A stretch of DNA of 64,000 nucleotides from a virus (Duplodnaviria > Caudoviricetes), in the IMG/VR virus record IMGVR_UViG_3300002446_000068, positions 8,958 to 72,957 of that record, one strand, 5' to 3'. Shown piece by piece: positions 10,078 to 18,863 of this stretch. The notes under the pieces were generated by a model. It did no database searches. It was given only the letters and a program-made list of their open reading frames with translations, and was not told the DNA's origin. Position 1 is the stretch's first letter, and each line of letters opens with the position of its first letter. A program made the translations under genes and the position numbers.

Positions 10078-11840
10078 AGGCTTGCGTAACGACATCTCAT
10101 CTCTATGGAATGGGCGGTGGGGCCAAGGCTGTCTTTTGGATTGTCAAGGGGCTGCACAAGCACGGTTCTGTAACCGTATTCACCAAGACAGCAATCCCGG
10201 ACAGCGTGATTGCCGAAATGCCAAAAGGCGTCATGTACGCCAACTGGTATCCGGGGTGCTCTGCGGGCTACGATGTCCACGTGTGCATCGATCACTTCAA
10301 CTACGAACCGCCGATGGCCAAGCGCAACCTGGCGCTGGTCTTTCATCCGCATAGGCGCAATGTCCCACCTGAACAGTATGAGTTGTGGGCTATTAGCCGC
10401 TACACACAAGCCCAAATCAAGGAGCAGTGGGGGCGCGAGTCCCTTGTCTTTTATCCATCTGTGGACGGGGATTTGTATTCAGGGCAAAAGGCAAAGCGTA
10501 TCCTGCACATCTCGCGTTTCTCTGCCCCAAACCAGTACGCCGACAAGGGGCATCGCCACATGATTCGGGCTTTCAAAGCCCTAAAGTCGGACTGGGAGTT
10601 TGTCTTGGCAGGCTCCACAGACCCCGCACAGGGCGGCTACCTATCGTCCCTCATGGCGGAGGCGGCTGGAGCTAACATCCGGTTCGCCCCCAACCTTTCA
10701 AGAAAAGATTTGTGCGATCTGCTTGCATCGTCCTCTATCTACTGGCACATGACGGGGATTGGAGCGCCGGATATCCCTAGTGCGCAGGAGCATCTTGGGA
10801 TTACGACCATAGAGGGCATGGCCAGCGGGTGTGTGCCCATTGTCTTGGGGACAGGGGGCCAGCCGGAAATTGTGCAGGACAGGATAAGTGGCGTACTGGT
10901 GCGTGACGTGGATGGATTGGTAAAGACCACAGACGTTCTTATGTCAAACTTGGGTACATGGGCGCTGTTACAACAGCAGGCACTATTGGCTGGGCAGGCA
11001 TGGCTTGAGGGGGACTGGTACTACGACCAGTTTGCTGGACTGCTGCTGGACGGGGTGGACATGACCGCGCCGGTTGCGGAAAGCCCCATCCTGAACTATG
11101 GCATGGACAATGTGGATGTGATTATCCCCATCTATAACAGCGTCACCATTGGGCAATGCCTGGACAGGATACCTGCTGGGCCGAATGTGATTGTCGTGGA
11201 CAATGGGTCCGACGCGCCAGTAACGCACAACAGAATCGACCAGTACATCCGTCTTGAGGAGAACCGTGGTTTCGCGGGTGGCAACATGGCTGGGTTTGAG
11301 ATATCCACCCGCCCTGTGGTGCTGGCGTTGAACGACGATTGCATCCCGCCAGACAATTCAATGTGGCTTACGGCCATGCTCTTGACGCTCTCGAAAGAAA
11401 GGTGCGCCGTGGTTGGGGCCAAGCTGTTGTATCCTGATGGGCGGTTGCAACACGCTGGGGTGTACTTTGACTTTCACCGTAAGGACATAGGGTTCCACCG
11501 GCTTTATGGAGTCAAAGACCATCCCAACGCCAATATTGCTGTTAAGGTTCCCGCTGTGACGGGGGCCTGCCTGTTGTGTAAGCGAGAGTTCTTTGACATG
11601 CACCCCGAACTGTACCCATACGGGAACTATGAGGATGCACACTTGTGTTTGGATGTGTGGCGTAGGGGGTATGAGGTTTGGTATCAGCCCGCAGCTTCCC
11701 TCACACATATTGAGGCGGTGACGAAAAGGGCGTTGGATATTGATTTTACCTCACTCAACCGCAAGGTGTTTGTGGAACATTGGCGCACCATCTTCTTGGA
11801 CTCCGAGGAGATGAATCATGCAAGAGAGGTAAATACGTAA
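10074..11840 (+). CDS. Bifunctional GT4 + GT2 glycosyltransferase
   Basis: N-terminal EHLGITTIEGMASGCVP; C-terminal VIIPIYN, LNDD, AVTGAC, YED; GTG start overlaps the upstream TGA. Confidence 0.88.
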   Translation: MKACVTTSHLYGMGGGAKAVFWIVKGLHKHGSVTVFTKTAIPDSVIAEMPKGVMYANWYPGCSAGYDVHVCIDHFNYEPPMAKRNLALVFHPHRRNVPPEQYELWAISRYTQAQIKEQWGRESLVFYPSVDGDLYSGQKAKRILHISRFSAPNQYADKGHRHMIRAFKALKSDWEFVLAGSTDPAQGGYLSSLMAEAAGANIRFAPNLSRKDLCDLLASSSIYWHMTGIGAPDIPSAQEHLGITTIEGMASGCVPIVLGTGGQPEIVQDRISGVLVRDVDGLVKTTDVLMSNLGTWALLQQQALLAGQAWLEGDWYYDQFAGLLLDGVDMTAPVAESPILNYGMDNVDVIIPIYNSVTIGQCLDRIPAGPNVIVVDNGSDAPVTHNRIDQYIRLEENRGFAGGNMAGFEISTRPVVLALNDDCIPPDNSMWLTAMLLTLSKERCAVVGAKLLYPDGRLQHAGVYFDFHRKDIGFHRLYGVKDHPNANIAVKVPAVTGACLLCKREFFDMHPELYPYGNYEDAHLCLDVWRRGYEVWYQPAASLTHIEAVTKRALDIDFTSLNRKVFVEHWRTIFLDSEEMNHAREVNT

Positions 11841-12208
11841 TGGAAAACTGGTTTCCAATCCTTGTCCAAATCATAGTCGTAATTATAACAAGTAGCGGTG
11901 GGTGGGCCTTGCTTAGTGACCAACGCAGAAAGCTCCGGATAGAGACACAAGATGTCGCTGTCAATGCTATGCACAAAGTAAATGATGAGCTTAGGGATGA
12001 GCTAGAGAGAGCAAGATGCCGTATCCATGCACTGGAGGCTGCACAAGAAGAAGGAGAATCCAGGATTGGAAACTTGGAGGCTACGTTGGCGATTGTGCAG
12101 AAACGGCTGATGGTGCTGTCCGTTGGTGTGAGGCTTTTGACCGAGCAGATTCGGTCGCTTGGCCATGAGCCTGTGTGGAAAGATGTGGAAGAAACGATTG
12201 GAGAGTAA
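11840..12208 (+). CDS. Membrane-anchored coiled-coil protein (holin-like candidate)
   Basis: N-terminal TM helix followed by a heptad-rich region. Confidence 0.5.
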   Translation: MENWFPILVQIIVVIITSSGGWALLSDQRRKLRIETQDVAVNAMHKVNDELRDELERARCRIHALEAAQEEGESRIGNLEATLAIVQKRLMVLSVGVRLLTEQIRSLGHEPVWKDVEETIGE

Positions 12209-12210
12209 AG

Positions 12211-13480
12211 GTCAACTACTACCGGCTAAAGCTGGTAGCTTGGCCCTAGAGGACGACGACGGGCCCGACTGAAGGTCGGGGGACTGAACCTCTGAGCCGT
12301 GCGGCTGATTGACAGCAGCCCTACCCGCAATGTTACGGGCAGCGACGGTATCAGCGTGGGCGGAGAAACCACAACTGGTACAGGAGAAATTAGATTGAGT
12401 ACGACGATTGGCCTTATCGACACAACCGCACATGGGACAGATGCGGCTGGTGTTGCGCGGATCGACCGCGACTACGGGAACCCCAGCCAGCTTCGCCTTG
12501 TACTCGATCTTTTGACGCAAATCATAAAAACTCCAGGAGTGATGTCGTCTCCGCTGGGCCTTACGAACCGTTGTCCGTTCGCGTATGCCACTCAGTTCTT
12601 CGAGGGCAATCCCGCGCCCGGTGCCTTTGGCTTTTTCGACAATTCTCTTAGAGATTACATGGTTCACATCTTTGGCGAATCGCGATTCTTTCCTGCGTCG
12701 TTTCTTGAGCAGGCGCTTCGCCGACTTGGTTCCCTTACTTTGCAACCTTGCCTTAATCTTTTGGTTGCGCTCCCGCAGGTTATTGACGTGGGACCCAGAG
12801 TAAATAGTCCCATCCGAGTCAGCGGCAATATTGACAATTCCCATATCAACTCCAAGAAACTCAGCAACATCAGAAGTCTCTGGGGTTTCAACTTCACAGG
12901 AGCAAAACAGATAGAATGCGCCATCAATAAAGCAAAGGCCACTCTGGCCCCTCTTTCCATGCAGCAATCCAAGGGCGCGGGCATTGCAAGCAAATGGGAT
13001 TCTTTCGCGACTGGCTATAGTCAAAATACTGACCTGCTGCGAATCAAGGCTCCAAGAGAGACATCGCTGGTCGTAGGCGATGGCACCATCTTCTCTGAAC
13101 AGCCGCTTAACCTTTTGATCCAACCTATAGGCGTGAGCAACCTTGGCGATGCAACGAACCGCCAACTGTGCGCCCAAATCAAATGTAGTCCGCACGTCAT
13201 AATAGACCTCGTGGTGAAGGCTATACTGACTGAAGACCTTGGTTTCCCAGGCCACGTCACTGACCCAGTTGCAAGCGGCGTTGACACGAAGTATAGTGTC
13301 GTAAAGCGATTTATGCTGATCTTGGGTTGGGTTCAGTTTTACCTTGGCTGTAAGTGTCATCATAATGAACACAACATACCATACTTAAACCGACTTGTCA
13401 AATCCAAGACCCTAAAGGGCTATGGCAAGGCGTCTCCTCCCTCAGCTAAAGCTGAGGGTGTCCGTCGCTGCCGCGTTGGC
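12211..13480 (-). mobile_element. IS200/IS605 family, IS1341-type element (tnpB only, no tnpA)
   Basis: Subterminal hairpins CTACCAGC-TTTA-GCCGGTAG (right end, terminal GTAGTTGAC) and CCCTCAGC-TTTA-GCTGAGGG (13439-13458); left boundary approximate. Confidence 0.85.
12212..13363 (-). CDS. tnpB: RNA-guided endonuclease TnpB
   Basis: RuvC-I GVDMG, RuvC-II ALEEL, zinc finger CPMC..CTSC, RuvC-III HADTVAARNI; promoter TTGACA-N17-TATGTT at 13401-13373. Confidence 0.95.
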   Translation of the reverse strand: MMTLTAKVKLNPTQDQHKSLYDTILRVNAACNWVSDVAWETKVFSQYSLHHEVYYDVRTTFDLGAQLAVRCIAKVAHAYRLDQKVKRLFREDGAIAYDQRCLSWSLDSQQVSILTIASRERIPFACNARALGLLHGKRGQSGLCFIDGAFYLFCSCEVETPETSDVAEFLGVDMGIVNIAADSDGTIYSGSHVNNLRERNQKIKARLQSKGTKSAKRLLKKRRRKESRFAKDVNHVISKRIVEKAKGTGRGIALEELSGIRERTTVRKAQRRRHHSWSFYDLRQKIEYKAKLAGVPVVAVDPRNTSRICPMCGCVDKANRRTQSNFSCTSCGFSAHADTVAARNIAGRAAVNQPHGSEVQSPDLQSGPSSSSRAKLPALAGSS

Positions 13481-13497
13481 AAAAGGAGTAGTGGACT

Positions 13498-14274
13498 ATG
13501 ATTGTAGGGATGACGGTTCTGAAAAACGCGACGAAGATGGGGTACCCGTGGGTTGAGGCAATCCTAACGGTTCTCCCAGTGTGTGACCACTTCCACATTG
13601 GGGAAGGGTACTCCGAGGACGACACGTGGGATGTCCTGATGAGGCTGAAGGAGAAGTACGGCGACCAGATCAGCCTGAGCCGCTACGAGTGGCCTGTTAT
13701 GGGGACGGGCTTTGCTATCGGGGCGGCGACGAACGATGCGCTGAACAAAATCAGGCGCTTGGGCGGCAAAGTCTTGTACGTGCAAGGGGATGAGCTGTGG
13801 CACCCGGACAGCCTTGTGGAAATGAAACGTCTGGCAGGGGAAGACTATGATGCGTACAGCGTCCCGTACTTGCACCTTGAGCACAATTGCCAGGAGGTGC
13901 AGGAGGGGGCTGGGTATCAACGGGCGATACGCATGGTGGCCAATAAGGATACCATTATCGCCCACCGTGACGCTTGGACGTTTGAGGGGTACGAGCGATG
14001 CTTGAGTATTCATTCTCTACCCCATCCTCTGGTCCACTGCAACTACTGCTTTTGGGACAATGTGCCCATCAAAAAGAGGGTGCAGGCCGACGAGTTATAC
14101 CAAGATCTTGGGCACTACCAACGGGCCGCTGAACTGGCAGAGCAACTGTACACCGACGAGCCGCCCCAAATGTTCAGGGAGACGGGTTCGCCGTTCATCG
14201 AGCACCTGTCCCCGCTGTTTGTGCCTATGCTTGGACAGCGGAAGTATTATGTCCGGGAGGAATTGCTGGCATGA
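13498..14274 (+). CDS. GT2-like glycosyltransferase
   Basis: GYPWVEAI...GEGYSEDDT, YVQGDE. Confidence 0.75.
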   Translation: MIVGMTVLKNATKMGYPWVEAILTVLPVCDHFHIGEGYSEDDTWDVLMRLKEKYGDQISLSRYEWPVMGTGFAIGAATNDALNKIRRLGGKVLYVQGDELWHPDSLVEMKRLAGEDYDAYSVPYLHLEHNCQEVQEGAGYQRAIRMVANKDTIIAHRDAWTFEGYERCLSIHSLPHPLVHCNYCFWDNVPIKKRVQADELYQDLGHYQRAAELAEQLYTDEPPQMFRETGSPFIEHLSPLFVPMLGQRKYYVREELLA

Positions 14275-14969
14275 GAATCGCTACCTACTGCATCACATTC
14301 CCGGAAGAACATGACATTGTTATGAACATGGTCCGGCAGGCCAGGAAACTTGGCGATGTCTGGATTGTGGACGGGGGACCAGATGGACATCTGTGCCATA
14401 ACCCAAGGGCCGACATCAACCCCTGGGTTTTGCAGAGAATGGCAGAGGAGCACGGGTTCATCTACACGCGGATTCCGTGGCCTGGGAATCCTGGGGCGCA
14501 AAGGAACAATGCCTTGCGGATGATGGAACCTTATGGGTACGACTGGATTATCCAGAACGACAGCGACGAGTTGTGGCCGGACCAGAGCATCGCCGCCATT
14601 CCTGGGTATCTGGAAAGCCTTGACCCCATCCAATCCAACGTGATAGTAAAGGTGTTTCCTCTTGTGGTGGATGAGCAGCACTATAGCAAGCGGTATGCCC
14701 ACCACCTGACACACGGGCGCATACACAGGGGCGGCACGGTGCAGTGGGGGGAAACCTGGCACGAGCACCAGTTTTTCAAGGGCGAGCGGGTCAAGAGTGA
14801 CTTGTGGTTGTTGCATACAAACTGGTTGTTCCTTGAGCGACTGAAACGAATCAAGGGGCATGGGCTTGAGCGGTGGGGGGATGTCGATAGGACGCCCATC
14901 CCGAATTCTCTTGGGCTAACATGGCCTGCACTGGATTATCCCGATGGCGATAGGCTTTGCAGTACGTAG
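14271..14969 (+). CDS. GT2-like glycosyltransferase
   Basis: IVDGG, QRNNAL, DWIIQNDSDE, HE. Confidence 0.75.
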   Translation: MRIATYCITFPEEHDIVMNMVRQARKLGDVWIVDGGPDGHLCHNPRADINPWVLQRMAEEHGFIYTRIPWPGNPGAQRNNALRMMEPYGYDWIIQNDSDELWPDQSIAAIPGYLESLDPIQSNVIVKVFPLVVDEQHYSKRYAHHLTHGRIHRGGTVQWGETWHEHQFFKGERVKSDLWLLHTNWLFLERLKRIKGHGLERWGDVDRTPIPNSLGLTWPALDYPDGDRLCST

Positions 14970-15666
14970 CTTAGACGAATCTATCAAGATGTACGTGGAG
15001 ACATTGGGTCGTGGCACACAATGGATTCTCCCGACTACAGACTGGCGTGTGTTTCATGCCTGGGTGATGAGCAGGGCGCGGCGTCCGCTCAAGACAGTTG
15101 TTGTGACAGACATGTGCTATATCCCGTTCTTGGATTATGTAAAGGGACGATTCGGGTCCAAGATTGTATGCCTTGACATGCGCGATGACGGTTCGGTATC
15201 ATGGACGGAGGCGGACGCCAGTTACACCATGTATGACCTTGGCTGGGGTGTGGACAAGATACGCTGGCAGAAAGAGGCTTCGTTCCGCGAGTGGCGCAGA
15301 TACCCGGTGTTTTACTTGACGGAGCGCGATCATGGGTTGGAGAGAGAGCTTATAGCGCGGGGACACAGGGTTGCAAGTGGGAACAAGAACTACTCGATGG
15401 GTAACGTCGCCATTGTCCCCAAGAGACAATACACACCCAGCAGCATCTATGAGGCGATAGCGTCGGGCATGGCTGTAGTCACGACAAGGGAGAACAAACG
15501 GTGGCTTGATGGGTTCCCGGGCTTTTCTACCTATCTGGAAGATGGGGTGGATGCAGTTGTTGGTGATGTAACGGGCACGGACTTTAAGCTATTAGGGATG
15601 ATGGCGCAGGAGACGGTGCCAAGTGTGCGGGACTTTCGGGAAAAGCTGTTGGGAATATTAGCTTGA
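14944..15666 (+). CDS. Hypothetical protein, possibly divergent GT-B-like
   Basis: IYEAIASGMAVVTT resembles the GT4 C-terminal motif; start uncertain. Confidence 0.45.
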   Translation: MAIGFAVRSLDESIKMYVETLGRGTQWILPTTDWRVFHAWVMSRARRPLKTVVVTDMCYIPFLDYVKGRFGSKIVCLDMRDDGSVSWTEADASYTMYDLGWGVDKIRWQKEASFREWRRYPVFYLTERDHGLERELIARGHRVASGNKNYSMGNVAIVPKRQYTPSSIYEAIASGMAVVTTRENKRWLDGFPGFSTYLEDGVDAVVGDVTGTDFKLLGMMAQETVPSVRDFREKLLGILA

Positions 15667-15690
15667 CTTTGGTGTGGAATGTGATAAGAT
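15663..15690 (+). promoter_or_regulatory. Sigma70-like promoter
   Basis: TTGACT-N16-TAAGAT at a module boundary. Confidence 0.5.
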
Positions 15691-15754
15691 AGTATAGAGG
15701 GGACGGCATCGGACATAATAGTTGCCGGGGGAGCAGTTTAGAACCGGAGCGAGC

Positions 15755-16141
15755 ATGGCACAACCAAGTCACGAAGCCAGAATCACGGCATTAGAACAAG
15801 CCATCGGCGGGGGGCAACCCACCGCAGCGGGGGTAACGCTTGAAAAGCACTTTGAATCCAGAATTGAAGCTCTGGAAAAGGCTACGGGCGTAGCTGCTGT
15901 TGCTATGGAGCGTCGGCTGGATGGGATGAATGAGTTCCGTGACACACTTAGGGACCAGGCGGCGAGATTTGCCACACGGGATGAAGTGAACTTGCGGATT
16001 AATACACTGAACGATGAAGTGGAAACCCTGAAAATCTTTCGGGCGGTAATTGACGCCAAGGCCAACATCAACGCAGTGTATGTCAGTTATGTGCTGGCTT
16101 TGGTGGGCATCGTCCTGAGCATTTTGTCGTTGTTGAAGTAA
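15755..16141 (+). CDS. Coiled-coil protein with C-terminal TM helix (holin-like candidate)
   Basis: ERRLDGMNEFRDTL; C-terminal hydrophobic helix. Confidence 0.55.
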   Translation: MAQPSHEARITALEQAIGGGQPTAAGVTLEKHFESRIEALEKATGVAAVAMERRLDGMNEFRDTLRDQAARFATRDEVNLRINTLNDEVETLKIFRAVIDAKANINAVYVSYVLALVGIVLSILSLLK

Positions 16142-16150
16142 GGTGAATGA

Positions 16151-16840
16151 ATGGGCGTGCGGATAGTTCGACCAGAGCGGAAAATCTACCACATCCCCGG
16201 CCTGGGGATACAGACCATCGAGGCGCTGGCGAGCGGGGCGGCCTGGTGGAAGGTCGCGGGCAAAACGTGCGCCGCGGCGTACCAGCCGAAAGGCGCGGCC
16301 AGCTATGCGGCGAGCAAAATCAATCTGGCGAATCCGGGGACATATGATGCGACGGAGGGAACTGCGCCGTCGTGGGATGCGGGGAATGGCTGGAAGTTCG
16401 ATCACACTAATTCAGAGTATCTGAACACAGGCGTTGTACCGAACAACGACTGGACGATGATTGCGCAATTCAGCGATCATATTGCCGGAATCGGCGATTA
16501 TCGGCTTTGCGGACAGAACTCATCAACCAACCAGCCGCATTTTATGGGGCCGAATTATTGGGGTACAAAGCGATTTGTTAACGGCCTTCACCTCGATGCT
16601 GGAGCCGGTGCTCTTTCGGGCAATATTGCGCTGGCGGGAATGAATGGCTATTTCAACGGCGCATCTGTGGGCACAATCACCGGCGCGGGATTTACTGGTG
16701 TTGGTAGAACGATATGGATCGGTTCGGGAAATCCGACGGCAAGTTTTACCACAGTATACATCCAGGCATGGGCGGTCTATTCGGGCACGTTATCGGCGGC
16801 TGAAATTGCGGTGTTGGCAGCGGCGATGGCGGCGTTGTAG
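16151..16840 (+). CDS. Putative virion protein with LamG/ConA-like beta-sandwich C-terminus
   Basis: AAYQPKGAASYAASKINL N-terminus; beta-rich body; C-terminal IQAWAVYSGTLSAAEI. Confidence 0.55.
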   Translation: MGVRIVRPERKIYHIPGLGIQTIEALASGAAWWKVAGKTCAAAYQPKGAASYAASKINLANPGTYDATEGTAPSWDAGNGWKFDHTNSEYLNTGVVPNNDWTMIAQFSDHIAGIGDYRLCGQNSSTNQPHFMGPNYWGTKRFVNGLHLDAGAGALSGNIALAGMNGYFNGASVGTITGAGFTGVGRTIWIGSGNPTASFTTVYIQAWAVYSGTLSAAEIAVLAAAMAAL

Positions 16841-16849
16841 GAGGCAGGT

Positions 16850-16981
16850 ATGAGACACCGTTTGCGAATATGGAGCATAGACATAGACATCTGGTGGTAC
16901 GAACACGGGGACCGTTGGCCACGACTGTGGCGGCTGTGGGATCGCAAGGTCGCACCGCTATTGGTGGCGATAGCAGGTTAG
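16850..16981 (+). CDS. Small Trp-rich 43-aa ORF absent from the ORF track
   Basis: GGAGGCAGGT RBS then MRHRLRIWSIDIDIWWYEHGDRWPRLWRLWDRKVAPLLVAIAG; fills the intergenic gap. Confidence 0.5.
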   Translation: MRHRLRIWSIDIDIWWYEHGDRWPRLWRLWDRKVAPLLVAIAG

Positions 16982-16988
16982 GAGGCAC

Positions 16989-17264
16989 GTGATGGCTTCG
17001 CAAGGCGAATTTCTGGTAGTAAAAACGGTCAACGACTGCACGACGCTACTGTCGCAGTTGGAAGCGGCCAAGACGACGGCGCAGCGCATCAGCCAGCGGA
17101 TGGTGAGTCTCGGCATTCCGGCGCTGGCTGGGTACGCATGGCCGGAGGGGTACACGCAGTCGGATTTCGTCGCGCTGTACACGGCGTTGTCAGCCCTGCC
17201 TGGCTCGATGGTAGCGGATACAACGCGGGATGCGATTTTCAAACTGGTGAGCAGCATCCAGTAG
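16989..17264 (+). CDS. Hypothetical protein
   Basis: GGAGG RBS; operon context. Confidence 0.6.
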   Translation: MMASQGEFLVVKTVNDCTTLLSQLEAAKTTAQRISQRMVSLGIPALAGYAWPEGYTQSDFVALYTALSALPGSMVADTTRDAIFKLVSSIQ

Positions 17265-17276
17265 GGAGTATGGGGC

Positions 17277-17906
17277 ATGCCGAAACAGGGTGTGGCGTTT
17301 ACGTTCTACACAGAACTGGTAGACGCGGCAGATACGACGCTGTTCAAATTGAACCCCACAATCGCGGCGGGAGACGTTCAAATCTCTCTCGCGGGTGGGA
17401 CGTTTGCGAACCTGACGAATCTGCCGACCGTCACGCCTGCCGGTAGTACGCAGGTCAAGGTTGAATTGACCGCTGCCGAAATGGCGGGCGCGGACCGGAC
17501 GGTACAGTTCCATGACGCGGTCGGTGGAGAATGGCTAGATCAGGCCATTCACATCACGGCTGACGAGCAGGCAATTGACGATCTGGCGACATCGGCGTCT
17601 ATCGCGGCGCTGAACGACCTATCTGCGGCGGAGGTCAACGCGGAGGTGGTGGACGCGCTATCTACTGTAGATAAGACCGGGTACAAGCTGGCGAGCGACG
17701 GGCTTGACAGTGTGAGTATTACGGCACCGTCTGGGGTTGCCTCCAACTTTAGAGAAATGGTGGTACAGCTTTGGAGGCGTTTCTTCAAGAAGGCTACCAT
17801 GACAAGTTCTGCGCTGTCCACATACGCCGATGATGGTGTGTCTGTTCTCACCACCCAAGAACTCTCGGATGACGGAACAGTCCAGACCCAGGGAGAATCA
17901 CTATGA
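17277..17906 (+). CDS. Putative structural protein
   Basis: NPTIAAGDVQISLAGG beta-rich domain; operon context. Confidence 0.55.
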   Translation: MPKQGVAFTFYTELVDAADTTLFKLNPTIAAGDVQISLAGGTFANLTNLPTVTPAGSTQVKVELTAAEMAGADRTVQFHDAVGGEWLDQAIHITADEQAIDDLATSASIAALNDLSAAEVNAEVVDALSTVDKTGYKLASDGLDSVSITAPSGVASNFREMVVQLWRRFFKKATMTSSALSTYADDGVSVLTTQELSDDGTVQTQGESL

Positions 17907-18130
17907 GATTGTTCTCCGTTCCCGACGGTTCTGTAGATAGAAGCGACAGGTCGTCGTGGCTGACGTGCCCGTTCGACCTGGCGTTTGTCGTCAAGGCCGG
18001 TGAGGGTGCGGAGATTGTTACGTTTGTGCTGAACATCTGCCGCACCAAGTATTTTGAATCCCAGATATACAGGGCCTTGTCGATAGCAGCCGAAGTGTGC
18101 AGGACCAAAATGTTCACGGTTGAGAGGTAA
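17903..18130 (+). CDS. Hypothetical protein
   Basis: ATGA overlap with the upstream gene; abuts the next start. Confidence 0.55.
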   Translation: MRLFSVPDGSVDRSDRSSWLTCPFDLAFVVKAGEGAEIVTFVLNICRTKYFESQIYRALSIAAEVCRTKMFTVER

Positions 18131-18439
18131 ATGGCTACTCAAGAGGTACACCTTAACGATATTGGTACGGCCCTGCGTGTGACCATTGAAGAAGATGGGA
18201 CCGCTCTTGACATTTCTACGGCTACCACAAAGCAGATTCTACTTGTCAAGCCTTCCATGACAAAGCTCACCAAGTCGGCAGTGTTCGTCACGGACGGGTC
18301 GGACGGGGTGATTGAGTACGTCACTATTGCGGGCGACCTGGACGAACTGGGCGCGTACAGCATCCAGGGCTATATCGTGATGCCCGGGTGGGCCGGGCAC
18401 AGTGAAGTGAAACAGTTCAAGGTTTATAGGAACCTATGA
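18131..18439 (+). CDS. BppU N-terminal-like Ig/beta-sandwich virion protein
   Basis: NDIGTALRVTIEEDG...DG.IEYVTIAGDLDELGAY. Confidence 0.65.
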   Translation: MATQEVHLNDIGTALRVTIEEDGTALDISTATTKQILLVKPSMTKLTKSAVFVTDGSDGVIEYVTIAGDLDELGAYSIQGYIVMPGWAGHSEVKQFKVYRNL

Positions 18440-18444
18440 TTATG

Positions 18445-18473
18445 TTGACATGTCCGTAGAGTTGTTGTATAAT
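18445..18473 (+). promoter_or_regulatory. Consensus sigma70 promoter of the head operon
   Basis: TTGACA-N17-TATAAT. Confidence 0.85.
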
Positions 18474-18490
18474 GACAATTGGAGGTAGAC

Positions 18491-18844
18491 ATGCCTGATT
18501 GGACGGTGTTTGGGTTACCGGCGTTGGTTGTTATGGTGGCGCTCATCAATGCGCTGAAGGAGATGTATGGGTTGCCCACCAAGTGGGCGCTACCGGTTGC
18601 GGTCCTCTCATCTGCGGTGCTGGGAACTGGCCTATACTTCTCGGGCACATATGAGGCCGTGAAGGTGGCTATGGACATTGTGCTTGGGTCCATCCTGATT
18701 GGACTAGCGGTCACCGGCTATTATAGCGGCACCAAGTCCTATGTCGTGAGGCGGGAAGTAGAGCCCGCTATCAAGGAGATGGAAGCGCACATTGAGAGCC
18801 TGGAAGACGACAAGGCAAACCTGTTGGAAGACAGGCCATTCTGA
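18491..18844 (+). CDS. Holin-like membrane protein
   Basis: Three TM segments, charged C-terminus, GGAGG RBS. Confidence 0.6.
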   Translation: MPDWTVFGLPALVVMVALINALKEMYGLPTKWALPVAVLSSAVLGTGLYFSGTYEAVKVAMDIVLGSILIGLAVTGYYSGTKSYVVRREVEPAIKEMEAHIESLEDDKANLLEDRPF

Positions 18845-18863
18845 AAGAGGAACTGGTGTAAGT

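Noticed and set aside
12299-13501. 400-aa plus-strand ORF
   Set aside because: Antisense shadow of tnpB
16151-16840. DGR target in the lectin-like gene
   Set aside because: No second copy of its 3' end and no reverse transcriptase found
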